Positions 12,201-26,099 of a stretch of DNA of 64,000 nucleotides are shown one piece after another; within the stretch, counting starts at the first letter, position 1, and every line of letters begins with the position of its first letter. A model generated the notes under the pieces. It made no database searches. It was given only the letters and a program-made list of their open reading frames with translations, and was not told the DNA's origin. Made by a program: the position numbers and the translations under genes. This DNA is from Eledone cirrhosa (Eukaryota), in NCBI GenBank assembly GCA_964016885.1, contig OZ024740.1, forward strand, positions 433,132,001-433,196,000. Direction: 5' to 3'.

Positions 12201-15200
12201 AGTGATATGTTGGTGAGGACTGAGTGTTGTTACAGTAATAGGTTGGTGAGGACTGAGTGTTGTTACAGTGATATGTTGGTGAGGACTGAGTGTTGTTACA
12301 GTGATATGTTGGTGAGGACTGAGTGTTGTTATAGTGATATGTTGGTGAGGACTGAGTGTTACAGTAATATTTTGGTGAGGACTGAGTGTTGTTACAGTGA
12401 TATGTTGGTGAGGACTGAGTGTTGTTACAGTGATATGTTGGTGAGGACTGAGTGTTGTTACAGTGATATGTTGGTGAGGACTGAGTGTTGTTACAGTGAT
12501 AGGTTGGTGAGGACTGAGTGTTGTTACAGTAATAGGTTGGTGAGGACTGAGTGTTGTTACAGTGATATGTTGGTGAGGACTGAGTGTTGTTACAGTGATA
12601 TGTTGGTGAGGACAGTGTTGTTACAGTGATATGTTGGTGAGGACAGTGTTGTTACAGTAATATGTTGGTGAGGACTGAGTGTTGTTACAGTGATATGTTG
12701 GTGAGGACTGAGTGTTGTTACAGTGATATGTTGGTGAGGACTGAGTGTTGTTACAGTGATATGTTGGTGAGGACAGTGTTGTTACAGTGATATGTTGGTG
12801 AGAACAGTGTTGTTAGAGTAATATGTTGGTGAGGACTGAGTGTTGTTAGAGTAATATGTTGGTGAGGACTGAGTGTTGTTACAGTGATATGTTGGTAAGG
12901 ACTGAGTGTTGTTAGAGTGATATGTTGGTGAGGACTGAGTGTTGTTACAGTGATATGTTGGTGACGACTGAGTGCTGTTACAGTGATATGTTGGTGAGGA
13001 CTGAGTGTTGTTACAGTGATATGTTGGTGAGGACTGAGTGTTGTTACAGTGATATGTTGGTGAGGACTGACTGTTGTTACAGTGATATGTTGGTGAGGAC
13101 TGAGTGTTGTTACAGTGATATGTTGGTGAGGACTGATTGTTGTTACAGTAATATGTTGGTGAGGACTCAGTGTTGTTACAGTGATATGTTGGTGAGGACT
13201 GAGTGTTGTTACAGTGATATGTTGGTGAGGACTGAGTGTTGTTACAGTAATATGTTGGTGAGGACTGAGTGTTGTTACAGTAATATGTTGGTGAGGACTG
13301 AGTGTTGTTACAGTAATATGTTGGTGAGGACTGAGTGTTGTTACAGTGATATGTTGGTGAGGACTGAGTGTTGTTACAGTAATATGTTGGTGAGGACTGA
13401 GTGTTGTTACAGTAATATGTTGGTGAGGACTGAGTGTTACAGTAATATGTTGGTGAGGACTGAGTGTTGTTACAGTAATATGTTGGTGAGGACTGAGTGT
13501 TGTTACAGTAATATGTTGGTGAGGACTGAGTGTTGTTACAGTGATATGTTGGTGAGGACTGAGTGTTGTTACAGTGATATGTTGGTGAGGACTGAGTGTT
13601 GTTACAGTAATATGTTGGTGAGGACTGAGTGTTGTTACAGTAATATGTTGGTGAGGACTGAGTGTTGTTACAGTAATATGTTGGTGAGGACTGAGTGTTA
13701 CAGTAATATGTTGGTGAGGACTGAGTGTTGTTACAGTAATATGTTGGTGAGGACTGAGTGTTGTTACAGTAATATGTTGGTGAGGACTGAGTGTTGTTAC
13801 AGTGATATGTTGGTGAGGACTGAGTGTTGTTACAGTGATATGTTGGTGAGGACTGAGTGTTACAGTAATATGTTGGTGAGGACTGAGTGTTGTTACAGTA
13901 ATATGTTGGTGAGGACTGAGTGTTGTTACAGTAATATGTTGGTGAGGACTGAGTGTTACAGTAATATGTTGGTGAGGACTGAGTGTTGTTACAGTAATAT
14001 GTTGGTGAGGACTGAGTGTTGTTACAGTAATATGTTGGTGAGGACTGAGTGTTGTTACAGTGATATGTTGGTGAGGACTGAGTGTTGTTACAGTGATATG
14101 TTGGTGAGGACTGAGTGTTGTTACAGTAATATGTTGGTGAGGACTGAGTGTTGTTACAGTAATATGTTGGTGAGGACTGAGTGTTGTTACAGTAATATGT
14201 TGGTGAGGACTGAGTGTTGTTACAGTGATATGTTGGTGAGGACTGATTGTTACAGTAATATGTTGGTGAGGACTGAGTGTTGTTACAGTAATATGTTGGT
14301 GAGGACTGAGTGTTGTTACAGTAATATGTTGGTGAGGACTGAGTGTTGTTACAGTGATATGTTGGTGAGGACTGAGTGTTGTTACAGTGATATGTTGGTG
14401 AGGACTGAGTGTTGTTACAGTGATATGTTGGTGAGGACTGAGTGTTGTTACAGTGATATGTTGGTGAGGACTGAGTGTTGTTACAGTAATAGGTTGGTGA
14501 GGACTGAGTGTTGTTACAGTGATATGTTGGTGAGGACTGAGTGTTGTTACAGTAATAGGTTGGTGAGGACTGAGTGTTGTTACAGTGATATGTTGGTGAG
14601 GACTGAGTGTTGTTACAGTGATATGTTGGTGAGGACTGAGTGTTGTTACAGTGATATGTTGGTGAGGACTGAGTGTTACAGTAATATTTTGGTGAGGACT
14701 GAGTGTTGTTACAGTGATATGTTGGTGAGGACTGAGTGTTGTTACAGTGATATGTTGGTGAGGACTGAGTGTTGTTACAGTGATATGTTGGTGAGGACTG
14801 AGTGTTGTTACAGTGATAGGTTGGTGAGGACTGAGTGTTGTTACAGTAATAGGTTGGTGAGGACTGAGTGTTGTTACAGTGATATGTTGGTGAGGACTGA
14901 GTGTTGTTACAGTGATATGTTGGTGAGGACAGTGTTGTTACAGTGATATGTTGGTGAGGACAGTGTTGTTACAGTAATATGTTGGTGAGGACTGAGTGTT
15001 GTTACAGTGATATGTTGGTGAGGACTGAGTGTTGTTACAGTGATATGTTGGTGAGGCCTGAGTGTTGTTACAGTGATATGTTGGTGAGGACAGTGTTGTT
15101 ACAGTGATATGTTGGTGAGGACAGTGTTGTTACAGTAATATGTTGGTGAGGACTGAGTGTTGTTACAGTGATATGTTGGTGAGGACTGAGTGTTGTTACA

Positions 15201-18200
15201 GTGATATGTTGGTGAGGACTGAGTGTTGTTACAGTGATATGTTGGTGAGGACAGAGTGTTGTTACAGTGATATGTTGGTGAGGACTGAGTGTTGGTACAG
15301 TAATAGGTTGGTGAGGACTGAGTGTTGTTACAGTGATATGTTGGTAAGGACTGAGTGTTGTTACAGTAATATGTTGGTGAGGACTGAGTGTTGTTACAGT
15401 GATATGTTGGTGAGGACTGAGTGTTGTTACAGTAATATGTTGGTGAGGACTGAGTGTTGTTACAGTGATATGTTGGTGAGGACTGAGTGTTGTTACAGTG
15501 ATATGTTGGTAAGGACTGAGTGTTGTTACAGTAATATGTTGGTGAGGACTGAGTGTTGTTACAGTGATATGTTGGTGAGGACTGAGTGTTGTTACAGTAA
15601 TATGTTGGTGAGGACTGAGTGTTGTTACAGTGATATGTTGGTGAGGACTGAGTGTTGTTACAGTAATATGTTGGTGAGGACTGAGTGTTGTTACAGTGAT
15701 ATGTTGGTGAGGACTGAGTGTTGTTACAGTAATATGTTGGTGAGGACTGAGTGTTGTTACAGTAATATGTTGGTGAGGACTGAGTGTTGTTACAGTAATA
15801 TGTTGGTGAGGACAGAGTGTTGTTACAGTAATATGTTGGTGAGGACTGAGTGTTGTTACAGTAATATGTTGGTGAGGACTGAGTGTTGTTACAGTAATAT
15901 GTTGGTGAGGACTGAGTGTTGTTACAGTAATATGTTGGTGAGGACAGAGTGTTGTTACAGTAATATGTTGGTGAGGACTGAGTGTTGTTACAGTAATATG
16001 TTGGTGAGGACTGAGTGTTGTTACAGTAATATGTTGGTGAGGACTGAGTGTTGTTACAGTAATATGTTGGTGAGGACTGAGTGTTGTTACAGTAATATGT
16101 TGGTGAGGACAGAGTGTTGTTACAGTAATATGTTGGTGAGGACTGAGTGTTGTTACAGTAATAGGTTGGTGAGGACTGAGTGTTGTTACAGTGATATGTT
16201 GGTGAGGACAGAGTGTTGTTACAGTGATATGTTGGTGAGGACTGAGTGTTGTTACAGTGATATGTTGGTGAGGACTGAGTGTTGTTACAGTGATATGTTG
16301 GTGAGGACTGAGTGTTGTTACAGTAATATGTTGGTGAGGACTGAGTGTTGTTACAGTAATAGGTTGGTGAGGACTGAGTGTTGTTACAGTGATATGTTGG
16401 TGAGGACTGAGTGTTGTTACAGTGATATGTTGGTGAGGACAGTGTTGTTACAGTGATATGTTGGTGAGGACAGTGTTGTTACAGTAATATGTTGGTGAGG
16501 ACTGAGTGTTGTTACAGTGATATGTTGGTGAGGACTGAGTGTTGTTACAGTGATATGTTGGTGAGGACTGAGTGTTGTTACAGTGATATGTTGGTGAGGA
16601 CTGAGTGTTGTTACAGTGATATGTTGGTGAGGACTGAGTGTTGTTACAGTGATAGGTTGGTGAGGACTGAGTGTTGTTACAGTAATAGGTTGGTGAGGAC
16701 TGAGTGTTGTTACAGTGATATGTTGGTGAGGACTGAGTGTTGTTACAGTGATATGTTGGTGAGGACAGTGTTGTTACAGTGATATGTTGGTGAGGACAGT
16801 GTTGTTACAGTAATATGTTGGTGAGGACTGAGTGTTGTTACAGTGATATGTTGGTGAGGACTGAGTGTTGTTACAGTGATATGTTGGTGAGGACTGAGTG
16901 TTGTTACAGTGATATGTTGGTGAGGACAGTGTTGTTACAGTGATATGTTGGTGAGGACTGAGTGTTGTTACAGTGATATGTTGGTGAGGACAGTGTTGTT
17001 ACAGTGATATGTTGGTGAGGACTGAGTGTTGTTAGAGTAATATGTTGGTGAGGACTGAGTGTTGTTAGAGTAATATGTTGGTGAGGACTGAGTGTTGTTA
17101 CAGTGATATGTTGGTAAGGACTGAGTGTTGTTAGAGTGATATGTTGGTGAGGACTGAGTGTTGTTACAGTGATATGTTGGTGACGACTGAGTGTTGTTAC
17201 AGTGATATGTTGGTGAGGACTGAGTGTTGTTACAGTAATATGTTGGTGAGGACTGAGTGTTGTTACAGTAATATGTTGGTGAGGACTGAGTGTTGTTACA
17301 GTAATATGTTGGTGAGGACTGAGTGTTGTTACAGTAATATGTTGGTGAGGACTGAGTGTTGTTACAGTGATATGTTGGTGAGGACTGAGTGTTGTTACAG
17401 TAATATGTTGGTGAGGACTGAGTGTTGTTACAGTAATATGTTGGTGAGGACTGAGTGTTGTTACAGTAATATGTTGGTGAGGACTGAGTGTTGTTACAGT
17501 AATATGTTGGTGAGGACTGAGTGTTGTTACAGTGATATGTTGGTGAGAACAGTGTTGTTAGAGTAATATGTTGGTGAGGACTGAGTGTTGTTAGAGTAAT
17601 ATGTTGGTGAGGACTGAGTGTTGTTACAGTGATATGTTGGTAAGGACTGAGTGTTGTTAGAGTGATATGTTGGTGAGGACTGAGTGTTGTTACAGTGATA
17701 TGTTGGTGACGACTGAGTGTTGTTACAGTGATATGTTGGTGAGGACTGAGTGTTGTTACAGTGATATGTTGGTGAGGACTGAGTGTTGTTACAGTGATAT
17801 GTTGGTGAGGACTGACTGTTGTTACAGTGATATGTTGGTGAGGACTGAGTGTTGTTACAGTGATATGTTGGTGAGGACTGATTGTTGTTACAGTAATATG
17901 TTGGTGAGGACTCAGTGTTGTTACAGTGATATGTTGGTGAGGACTGAGTGTTGTTACAGTGATATGTTGGTGAGGACTGAGTGTTGTTACAGTAATATGT
18001 TGGTGAGGACTGAGTGTTGTTACAGTAATATGTTGGTGAGGACTGAGTGTTGTTACAGTAATATGTTGGTGAGGACTGAGTGTTGTTACAGTGATATGTT
18101 GGTGAGGACTGAGTGTTGTTACAGTAATATGTTGGTGAGGACTGAGTGTTGTTACAGTAATATGTTGGTGAGGACTGAGTGTTACAGTAATATGTTGGTG

Positions 18201-20869
18201 AGGACTGAGTGTTGTTACAGTAATATGTTGGTGAGGACTGAGTGTTGTTACAGTAATATGTTGGTGAGGACTGAGTGTTGTTACAGTGATATGTTGGTGA
18301 GGACTGAGTGTTGTTACAGTGATATGTTGGTGAGGACTGAGTGTTGTTACAGTGATATGTTGGTGAGGACTGATTGTTGTTACAGTAATATGTTGGTGAG
18401 GACTCAGTGTTGTTACAGTGATATGTTGGTGAGGACTGAGTGTTGTTACAGTGATATGTTGGTGAGGACTGAGTGTTGTTACAGTAATATGTTGGTTAGG
18501 ACTGAGTGTTGTTACAGTAATATGTTGGTGAGGACTGAGTGTTGTTACAGTAATATGTTGGTGAGGACTGAGTGTTGTTACAGTGATATGTTGGTGAGGA
18601 CTGAGTGTTGTTACAGTAATATGTTGGTGAGGACTGAGTGTTGTTACAGTAATATGTTGGTGAGGACTGAGTGTTACAGTAATATGTTGGTGAGGACTGA
18701 GTGTTGTTACAGTAATATGTTGGTGAGGACTGAGTGTTGTTACAGTAATATGTTGGTGAGGACTGAGTGTTGTTACAGTGATATGTTGGTGAGGACTGAG
18801 TGTTGTTACAGTGATATGTTGGTGAGGACTGAGTGTTGTTACAGTGATATGTTGGTGAGGACTGACTGTTGTTACAGTGATATGTTGGTGAGGACTGAGT
18901 GTTGTTACAGTGATATGTTGGTGAGGACTGATTGTTGTTACAGTAATATGTTGGTGAGGACTGAGTGTTGTTACAGTGATATGTTGGTGAGGACTGAGTG
19001 TTGTTACAGTGATATGTTGGTGAGGACTGAGTGTTGTTACAGTAATATGTTGGTGAGGACTGAGTGTTGTTACAGTAATATGTTGGTGAGGACTGAGTGT
19101 TGTTACAGTAATATGTTGGTGAGGACTGAGTGTTGTTACAGTGATATGTTGGTGAGGACTGAGTGTTGTTACAGTAATATGTTGGTGAGGACTGAGTGTT
19201 GTTACAGTAATATGTTGGTGAGGACTGAGTGTTACAGTAATATGTTGGTGAGGACTGAGTGTTGTTACAGTAATATGTTGGTGAGGACTGAGTGTTGTTA
19301 CAGTAATATGTTGGTGAGGACTGAGTGTTGTTACAGTAATATGTTGGTGAGGACTGAGTGTTGTTACAGTGATATGTTGGTGAGGACTGAGTGTTGTTAC
19401 AGTGATATGTTGGTGAGGACTGAGTGTTGTTACAGTAATATGTTGGTGAGGACTGAGTGTTGTTACAGTAATATGTTGGTGAGGACTGAGTGTTGTTACA
19501 GTAATATGTTGGTGAGGACTGAGTGTTACAGTAATATGTTGGTGAGGACTGAGTGTTGTTACAGTAATATGTTGGTGAGGACTGAGTGTTGTTACAGTAA
19601 TATGTTGGTGAGGACTGAGTGTTGTTACAGTGATATGTTGGTGAGGACTGAGTGTTGTTACAGTGATATTTTGGTGAGGACTGAGTGTTACAGTAATATG
19701 TTGGTGAGGACTGAGTGTTGTTACAGTAATATGTTGGTGAGGACTGAGTGTTGTTACAGTAATATGTTGGTGAGGACTGAGTGTTACAGTAATATGTTGG
19801 TGAGGACTGAGTGTTGTTACAGTAATATGTTGGTGAGGACTGAGTGTTACAGTAATATGTTGGTGAGGACTGAGTGTTGTTACAGTAATATGTTGGTGAG
19901 GACTGAGTGTTGTTACAGTAATATGTTGGTGAGGACTGAGTGTTGTTACAGTGATATGTTGGTGAGGACTGAGTGTTGTTACAGTGATATGTTGGTGAGG
20001 ACTGAGTGTTACAGTAATATGTTGGTGAGGACTGAGTGTTGTTACAGTGATATGTTGGTGAGGACTGAGTGTTGTTACAGTGATATGTTGGTGAGGACTG
20101 AGTGTTGTTACAGTGATATGTTGGTGAGGACTGAGTGTTGTTACAGTAATAGGTTGGTGAGGACTGAGTGTTGTTACAGTGATATGTTGGTGAGGACTGA
20201 GTGTTGTTACAGTAATAGGTTGGTGAGGACTGAGTGTTGTTACAGTGATATGTTGGTGAGGACTGAGTGTTGTTACAGTGATATGTTGGTGAGGACTGAG
20301 TGTTGTTACAGTGATATGTTGGTGAGGACTGAGTGTTACAGTAATATTTTGGTGAGGACTGAGTGTTGTTACAGTGATATGTTGGTGAGGACTGAGTGTT
20401 GTTACAGTGATATGTTGGTGAGGACTGAGTGTTGTTACAGTGATATGTTGGTGAGGACTGAGTGTTGTTACAGTGATAGGTTGGTGAGGACTGAGTGTTG
20501 TTACAGTAATAGGTTGGTGAGGACTGAGTGTTGTTACAGTGATATGTTGGTGAGGACTGAGTGTTGTTACAGTGATATGTTGGTGAGGACAGTGTTGTTA
20601 CAGTGATATGTTGGTGAGGACAGTGTTGTTACAGTAATATGTTGGTGAGGACTGAGTGTTGTTACAGTGATATGTTGGTGAGGACTGAGTGTTGTTACAG
20701 TGATATGTTGGTGAGGACTGAGTGTTGTTACAGTGATATGTTGGTGAGGACAGTGTTGTTACAGTGATATGTTGGTGAGAACAGTGTTGTTAGAGTAATA
20801 TGTTGGTGAGGACTGAGTGTTGTTAGAGTAATATGTTGGTGAGGACTGAGTGTTGTTACAGTGATATGT

Positions 20870-23800
20870 TGGTAAGGACTGAGTGTTGTTAGAGTGATAT
20901 GTTGGTGAGGACTGAGTGTTGTTACAGTGATATGTTGGTGACGACTGAGTGTTGTTACAGTGATATGTTGGTGAGGACTGAGTGTTGTTACAGTGATATG
21001 TTGGTGAGGACTGAGTGTTGTTACAGTGATATGTTGGTGAGGACTGACTGTTGTTACAGTGATATGTTGGTGAGGACTGAGTGTTGTTACAGTGATATGT
21101 TGGTGAGGACTGATTGTTGTTACAGTAATATGTTGGTGAGGACTCAGTGTTGTTACAGTGATATGTTGGTGAGGACTGAGTGTTGTTACAGTGATATGTT
21201 GGTGAGGACTGAGTGTTGTTACAGTAATATGTTGGTGAGGACTGAGTGTTGTTACAGTAATATGTTGGTGAGGACTGAGTGTTGTTACAGTAATATGTTG
21301 GTGAGGACTGAGTGTTGTTACAGTAATATGTTGGTGAGGACTGAGTGTTGTTACAGTGATATGTTGGTGAGGACTGAGTGTTGTTACAGTGATATGTTGG
21401 TGAGGACTGAGTGTTGTTACAGTGATATGTTGGTGAGGACTGAGTGTTGTTACAGTAATATGTTGGTGAGGACTGAGTGTTGTTACAGTAATATGTTGGT
21501 GAGGACTGAGTGTTGTTACAGTAATATGTTGGTGAGGACTGAGTGTTGTTACAGTGATATGCTGGTGAGGACTGAGTGTTGTTACAGTAATATGTTGGTG
21601 AGGACTGAGTGTTGTTACAGTAATATGTTGGTGAGGACTGAGTGTTGTTACAGTAATATGTTGGTGAGGACTGAGTATTGTTACAGTGATATGTTGGTGA
21701 GGACTGAGTGTTGTTACAGTGATATGTTGGTGAGGACTGAGTGTTGTTACAGTGATATGTTGGTGAGGACTGAGTGTTGTTACAGTAATAGGTTGGTGAG
21801 GACTGAGTGTTGTTACAGTGATATGTTGGTGAGGACTGAGTGTTGTTACAGTAATAGGTTGGTGAGGACTGAGTGTTGTTACAGTGATATGTTGGTGAGG
21901 ACTGAGTGTTGTTACAGTGATATGTTGGTGAGGACTGAGTGTTGTTACAGTAATAGGTTGGTGAGGACTGAGTGTTGTTACAGTGATATGTTGGTGAGGA
22001 CTGAGTGTTGTTACAGTGATATGTTGGTGAGGACTGAGTGTTGTTACAGTGATATGTTGGTGAGGACAGTGTTGTTACAGTGATATGTTGGTGAGGACAG
22101 TGTTGTTACAGTAATATGTTGGTGAGGACTGAGTGTTGTTACAGTGATATGTTGGTGAGGACTGAGTGTTGTTACAGTGATATGTTGGTGAGGACTGACT
22201 GTTGTTACAGTGATATGTTGGTGAGGACAGTGTTGTTACAGTGATATGTTGGTGAGAACAGTGTTGTTAGAGTAATATGTTGGTGAGGACTGAGTGTTGT
22301 TAGAGTAATATGTTGGTGAGGACTGAGTGTTGTTACAGTGATATGTTGGTAAGGACTGAGTGTTGTTAGAGTGATATGTTGGTGAGGACTGAGTGTTGTT
22401 ACAGTGATATGTTGGTGACGACTGAGTGTTGTTACAGTGATATGTTGGTGAGGACTGAGTGTTGTTACAGTGATATGTTGGTGAGGACTGAGTGTTGTTA
22501 CAGTGATATGTTGGTGAGGACTGACTGTTGTTACAGTGATATGTTGGTGAGGACTGAGTGTTGTTACAGTGATATGTTGGTGAGGACTGATTGTTGTTAC
22601 AGTAATATGTTGGTGAGGACTCAGTGTTGTTACAGTGATATGTTGGTGAGGACTGAGTGTTGTTACAGTGATATGTTGGTGAGGACTGAGTGTTGTTACA
22701 GTAATATGTTGGTGAGGACTGAGTGTTGTTACAGTAATATGTTGGTGAGGACTGAGTGTTGTTACAGTAATATGTTGGTGAGGACTGAGTGTTGTTACAG
22801 TAATATGTTGGTGAGGACTGAGTGTTGTTACAGTGATATGTTGGTGAGGACTGAGTGTTGTTACAGTGATATGTTGGTGAGGACTGAGTGTTGTTACAGT
22901 GATATGTTGGTGAGGACTGAGTGTTGTTACAGTAATATGTTGGTGAGGACTGAGTGTTGTTACAGTAATATGTTGGTGAGGACTGAGTGTTGTTACAGTA
23001 ATATGTTGGTGAGGACTGAGTGTTGTTACAGTGATATGCTGGTGAGGACTGAGTGTTGTTACAGTAATATGTTGGTGAGGACTGAGTGTTGTTACAGTAA
23101 TATGTTGGTGAGGACTGAGTGTTGTTACAGTAATATGTTGGTGAGGACTGAGTGTTGTTACAGTGATATGTTGGTAAGGACTGAGTGTTGTTAGAGTGAT
23201 ATGTTGGTGAGGACTGAGTGTTGTTACAGTGATATGTTGGTGACGACTGAGTGTTGTTACAGTGATATGTTGGTGAGGACTGAGTGTTGTTACAGTGATA
23301 TGTTGGTGAGGACTGAGTGTTGTTACAGTGATATGTTGGTGAGGACTGACTGTTGTTACAGTGATATGTTGGTGAGGACTGAGTGTTGTTACAGTGATAT
23401 GTTGGTGAGGACTGATTGTTGTTACAGTAATATGTTGGTGAGGACTCAGTGTTGTTACAGTGATATGTTGGTGAGGACTGAGTGTTGTTACAGTGATATG
23501 TTGGTGAGGACTGAGTGTTGTTACAGTAATATGTTGGTGAGGACTGAGTGTTGTTACAGTAATATGTTGGTGAGGACTGAGTGTTGTTACAGTAATATGT
23601 TGGTGAGGACTGAGTGTTGTTACAGTAATATGTTGGTGAGGACTGAGTGTTGTTACAGTGATATGTTGGTGAGGACTGAGTGTTGTTACAGTGATATGTT
23701 GGTGAGGACTGAGTGTTGTTACAGTGATATGTTGGTGAGGACTGAGTGTTGTTACAGTAATATGTTGGTGAGGACTGAGTGTTGTTACAGTAATATGTTG

Positions 23801-24880
23801 GTGAGGACTGAGTGTTGTTACAGTAATATGTTGGTGAGGACTGAGTGTTGTTACAGTGATATGCTGGTGAGGACTGAGTGTTGTTACAGTAATATGTTGG
23901 TGAGGACTGAGTGTTGTTACAGTAATATGTTGGTGAGGACTGAGTGTTGTTACAGTAATATGTTGGTGAGGACTGAGTATTGTTACAGTGATATGTTGGT
24001 GAGGACTGAGTGTTGTTACAGTGATATGTTGGTGAGGACTGAGTGTTGTTACAGTAATATGTTGGTGAGGACTGAGTGTTGTTACAGTAATAGGTTGGTG
24101 AGGACTGAGTGTTGTTACAGTGATATGTTGGTGAGGACTGAGTGTTGTTACAGTAATAGGTTGGTGAGGACTGAGTGTTGTTACAGTGATATGTTGGTGA
24201 GGACTGAGTGTTGTTACAGTGATATGTTGGTGAGGACTGAGTGTTGTTACAGTAATAGGTTGGTGAGGACTGAGTGTTGTTACAGTGATATGTTGGTGAG
24301 GACTGAGTGTTGTTACAGTGATATGTTGGTGAGGACTGAGTGTTGTTACAGTGATATGTTGGTGAGGACAGTGTTGTTACAGTGATATGTTGGTGAGGAC
24401 AGTGTTGTTACAGTAATATGTTGGTGAGGACTGAGTGTTGTTACAGTGATATGTTGGTGAGGACTGAGTGTTGTTACAGTGATATGTTGGTGAGGACTGA
24501 CTGTTGTTACAGTGATATGTTGGTGAGGACAGTGTTGTTACAGTGATATGTTGGTGAGAACAGTGTTGTTAGAGTAATATGTTGGTGAGGACTGAGTGTT
24601 GTTAGAGTAATATGTTGGTGAGGACTGAGTGTTGTTACAGTGATATGTTGGTAAGGACTGAGTGTTGTTAGAGTGATATGTTGGTGAGGACTGAGTGTTG
24701 TTACAGTGATATGTTGGTGACGACTGAGTGTTGTTACAGTGATATGTTGGTGAGGACTGAGTGTTGTTACAGTGATATGTTGGTGAGGACTGAGTGTTGT
24801 TACAGTGATATGTTGGTGAGGACTGACTGTTGTTACAGTGATATGTTGGTGAGGACTGAGTGTTGTTACAGTGATATGTT
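20870..24880 (+). repeat. 2302-bp tandem higher-order duplication
   Basis: ORF-track segments 20899/23201 (both 394 codons) and 22376/24678 are offset by 2302. The rare GAGTATTG variant at 21673 and 23975 has the same offset. Ends are approximate. Confidence 0.9.
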
Positions 24881-26099
24881 GGTGAGGACTGAGTGTTGTT
24901 ACAGTAATATGTTGGTGAGGACTGAGTGTTGTTACAGTAATATGTTGGTGAGGACTGAGTGTTGTTACAGTAATATGTTGGTGAGGACTGAGTGTTGTTA
25001 CAGTAATATGTTGGTGAGGACTGAGTGTTGTTACAGTGATATGTTGGTGAGGACTGAGTGTTGTTACAGTGATATGTTGGTGAGGACTGAGTGTTGTTAC
25101 AGTGATATGTTGGTGAGGACTGAGTGTTGTTACAGTAATATGTTGGTGAGGACTGAGTGTTGTTACAGTAATATGTTGGTGAGGACTGAGTGTTGTTACA
25201 GTAATATGTTGGTGAGGACTGAGTGTTGTTACAGTGATATGCTGGTGAGGACTGAGTGTTGTTACAGTAATATGTTGGTGAGGACTGAGTGTTGTTACAG
25301 TAATATGTTGGTGAGGACTGAGTGTTGTTACAGTAATATGTTGGTGAGGACTGAGTGTTGTTACAGTGATATGTTGGTGAGGACTGAGTGTTGTTACAGT
25401 GATATGTTGGTGAGGACTGAGTGTTGTTACAGTGATATGTTGGTGAGGACTGAGTGTTGTTACAGTAATAGGTTGGTGAGGACTGAGTGTTGTTACAGTG
25501 ATATGTTGGTGAGGACTGAGTGTTGTTACAGTAATAGGTTGGTGAGGACTGAGTGTTGTTACAGTGATATGTTGGTGAGGACTGAGTGTTGTTACAGTGA
25601 TATGTTGGTGAGGACTGAGTGTTGTTACAGTGATATGTTGGTGAGGACTGAGTGTTACAGTAACATTTTGGTGAGGACTGAGTGTTGTTACAGTGATATG
25701 TTGGTGAGGACTGAGTGTTGTTACAGTGATATGTTGGTGAGGACTGAGTGTTGTTACAGTGATATGTTGGTGAGGACTGAGTGTTGTTACAGTGATAGGT
25801 TGGTGAGGACTGAGTGTTGTTACAGTAATAGGTTGGTGAGGACTGAGTGTTGTTACAGTGATATGTTGGTGAGGACTGAGTGTTGTTACAGTGATATGTT
25901 GGTGAGGACAGTGTTGTTACAGTGATATGTTGGTGAGGACAGTGTTGTTACAGTAATATGTTGGTGAGGACTGAGTGTTGTTACAGTGATATGTTGGTGA
26001 GGACTGAGTGTTGTTACAGTGATATGTTGGTGAGGACTGAGTGTTGTTACAGTGATATGTTGGTGAGGACAGTGTTGTTACAGTGATATGTTGGTGAGA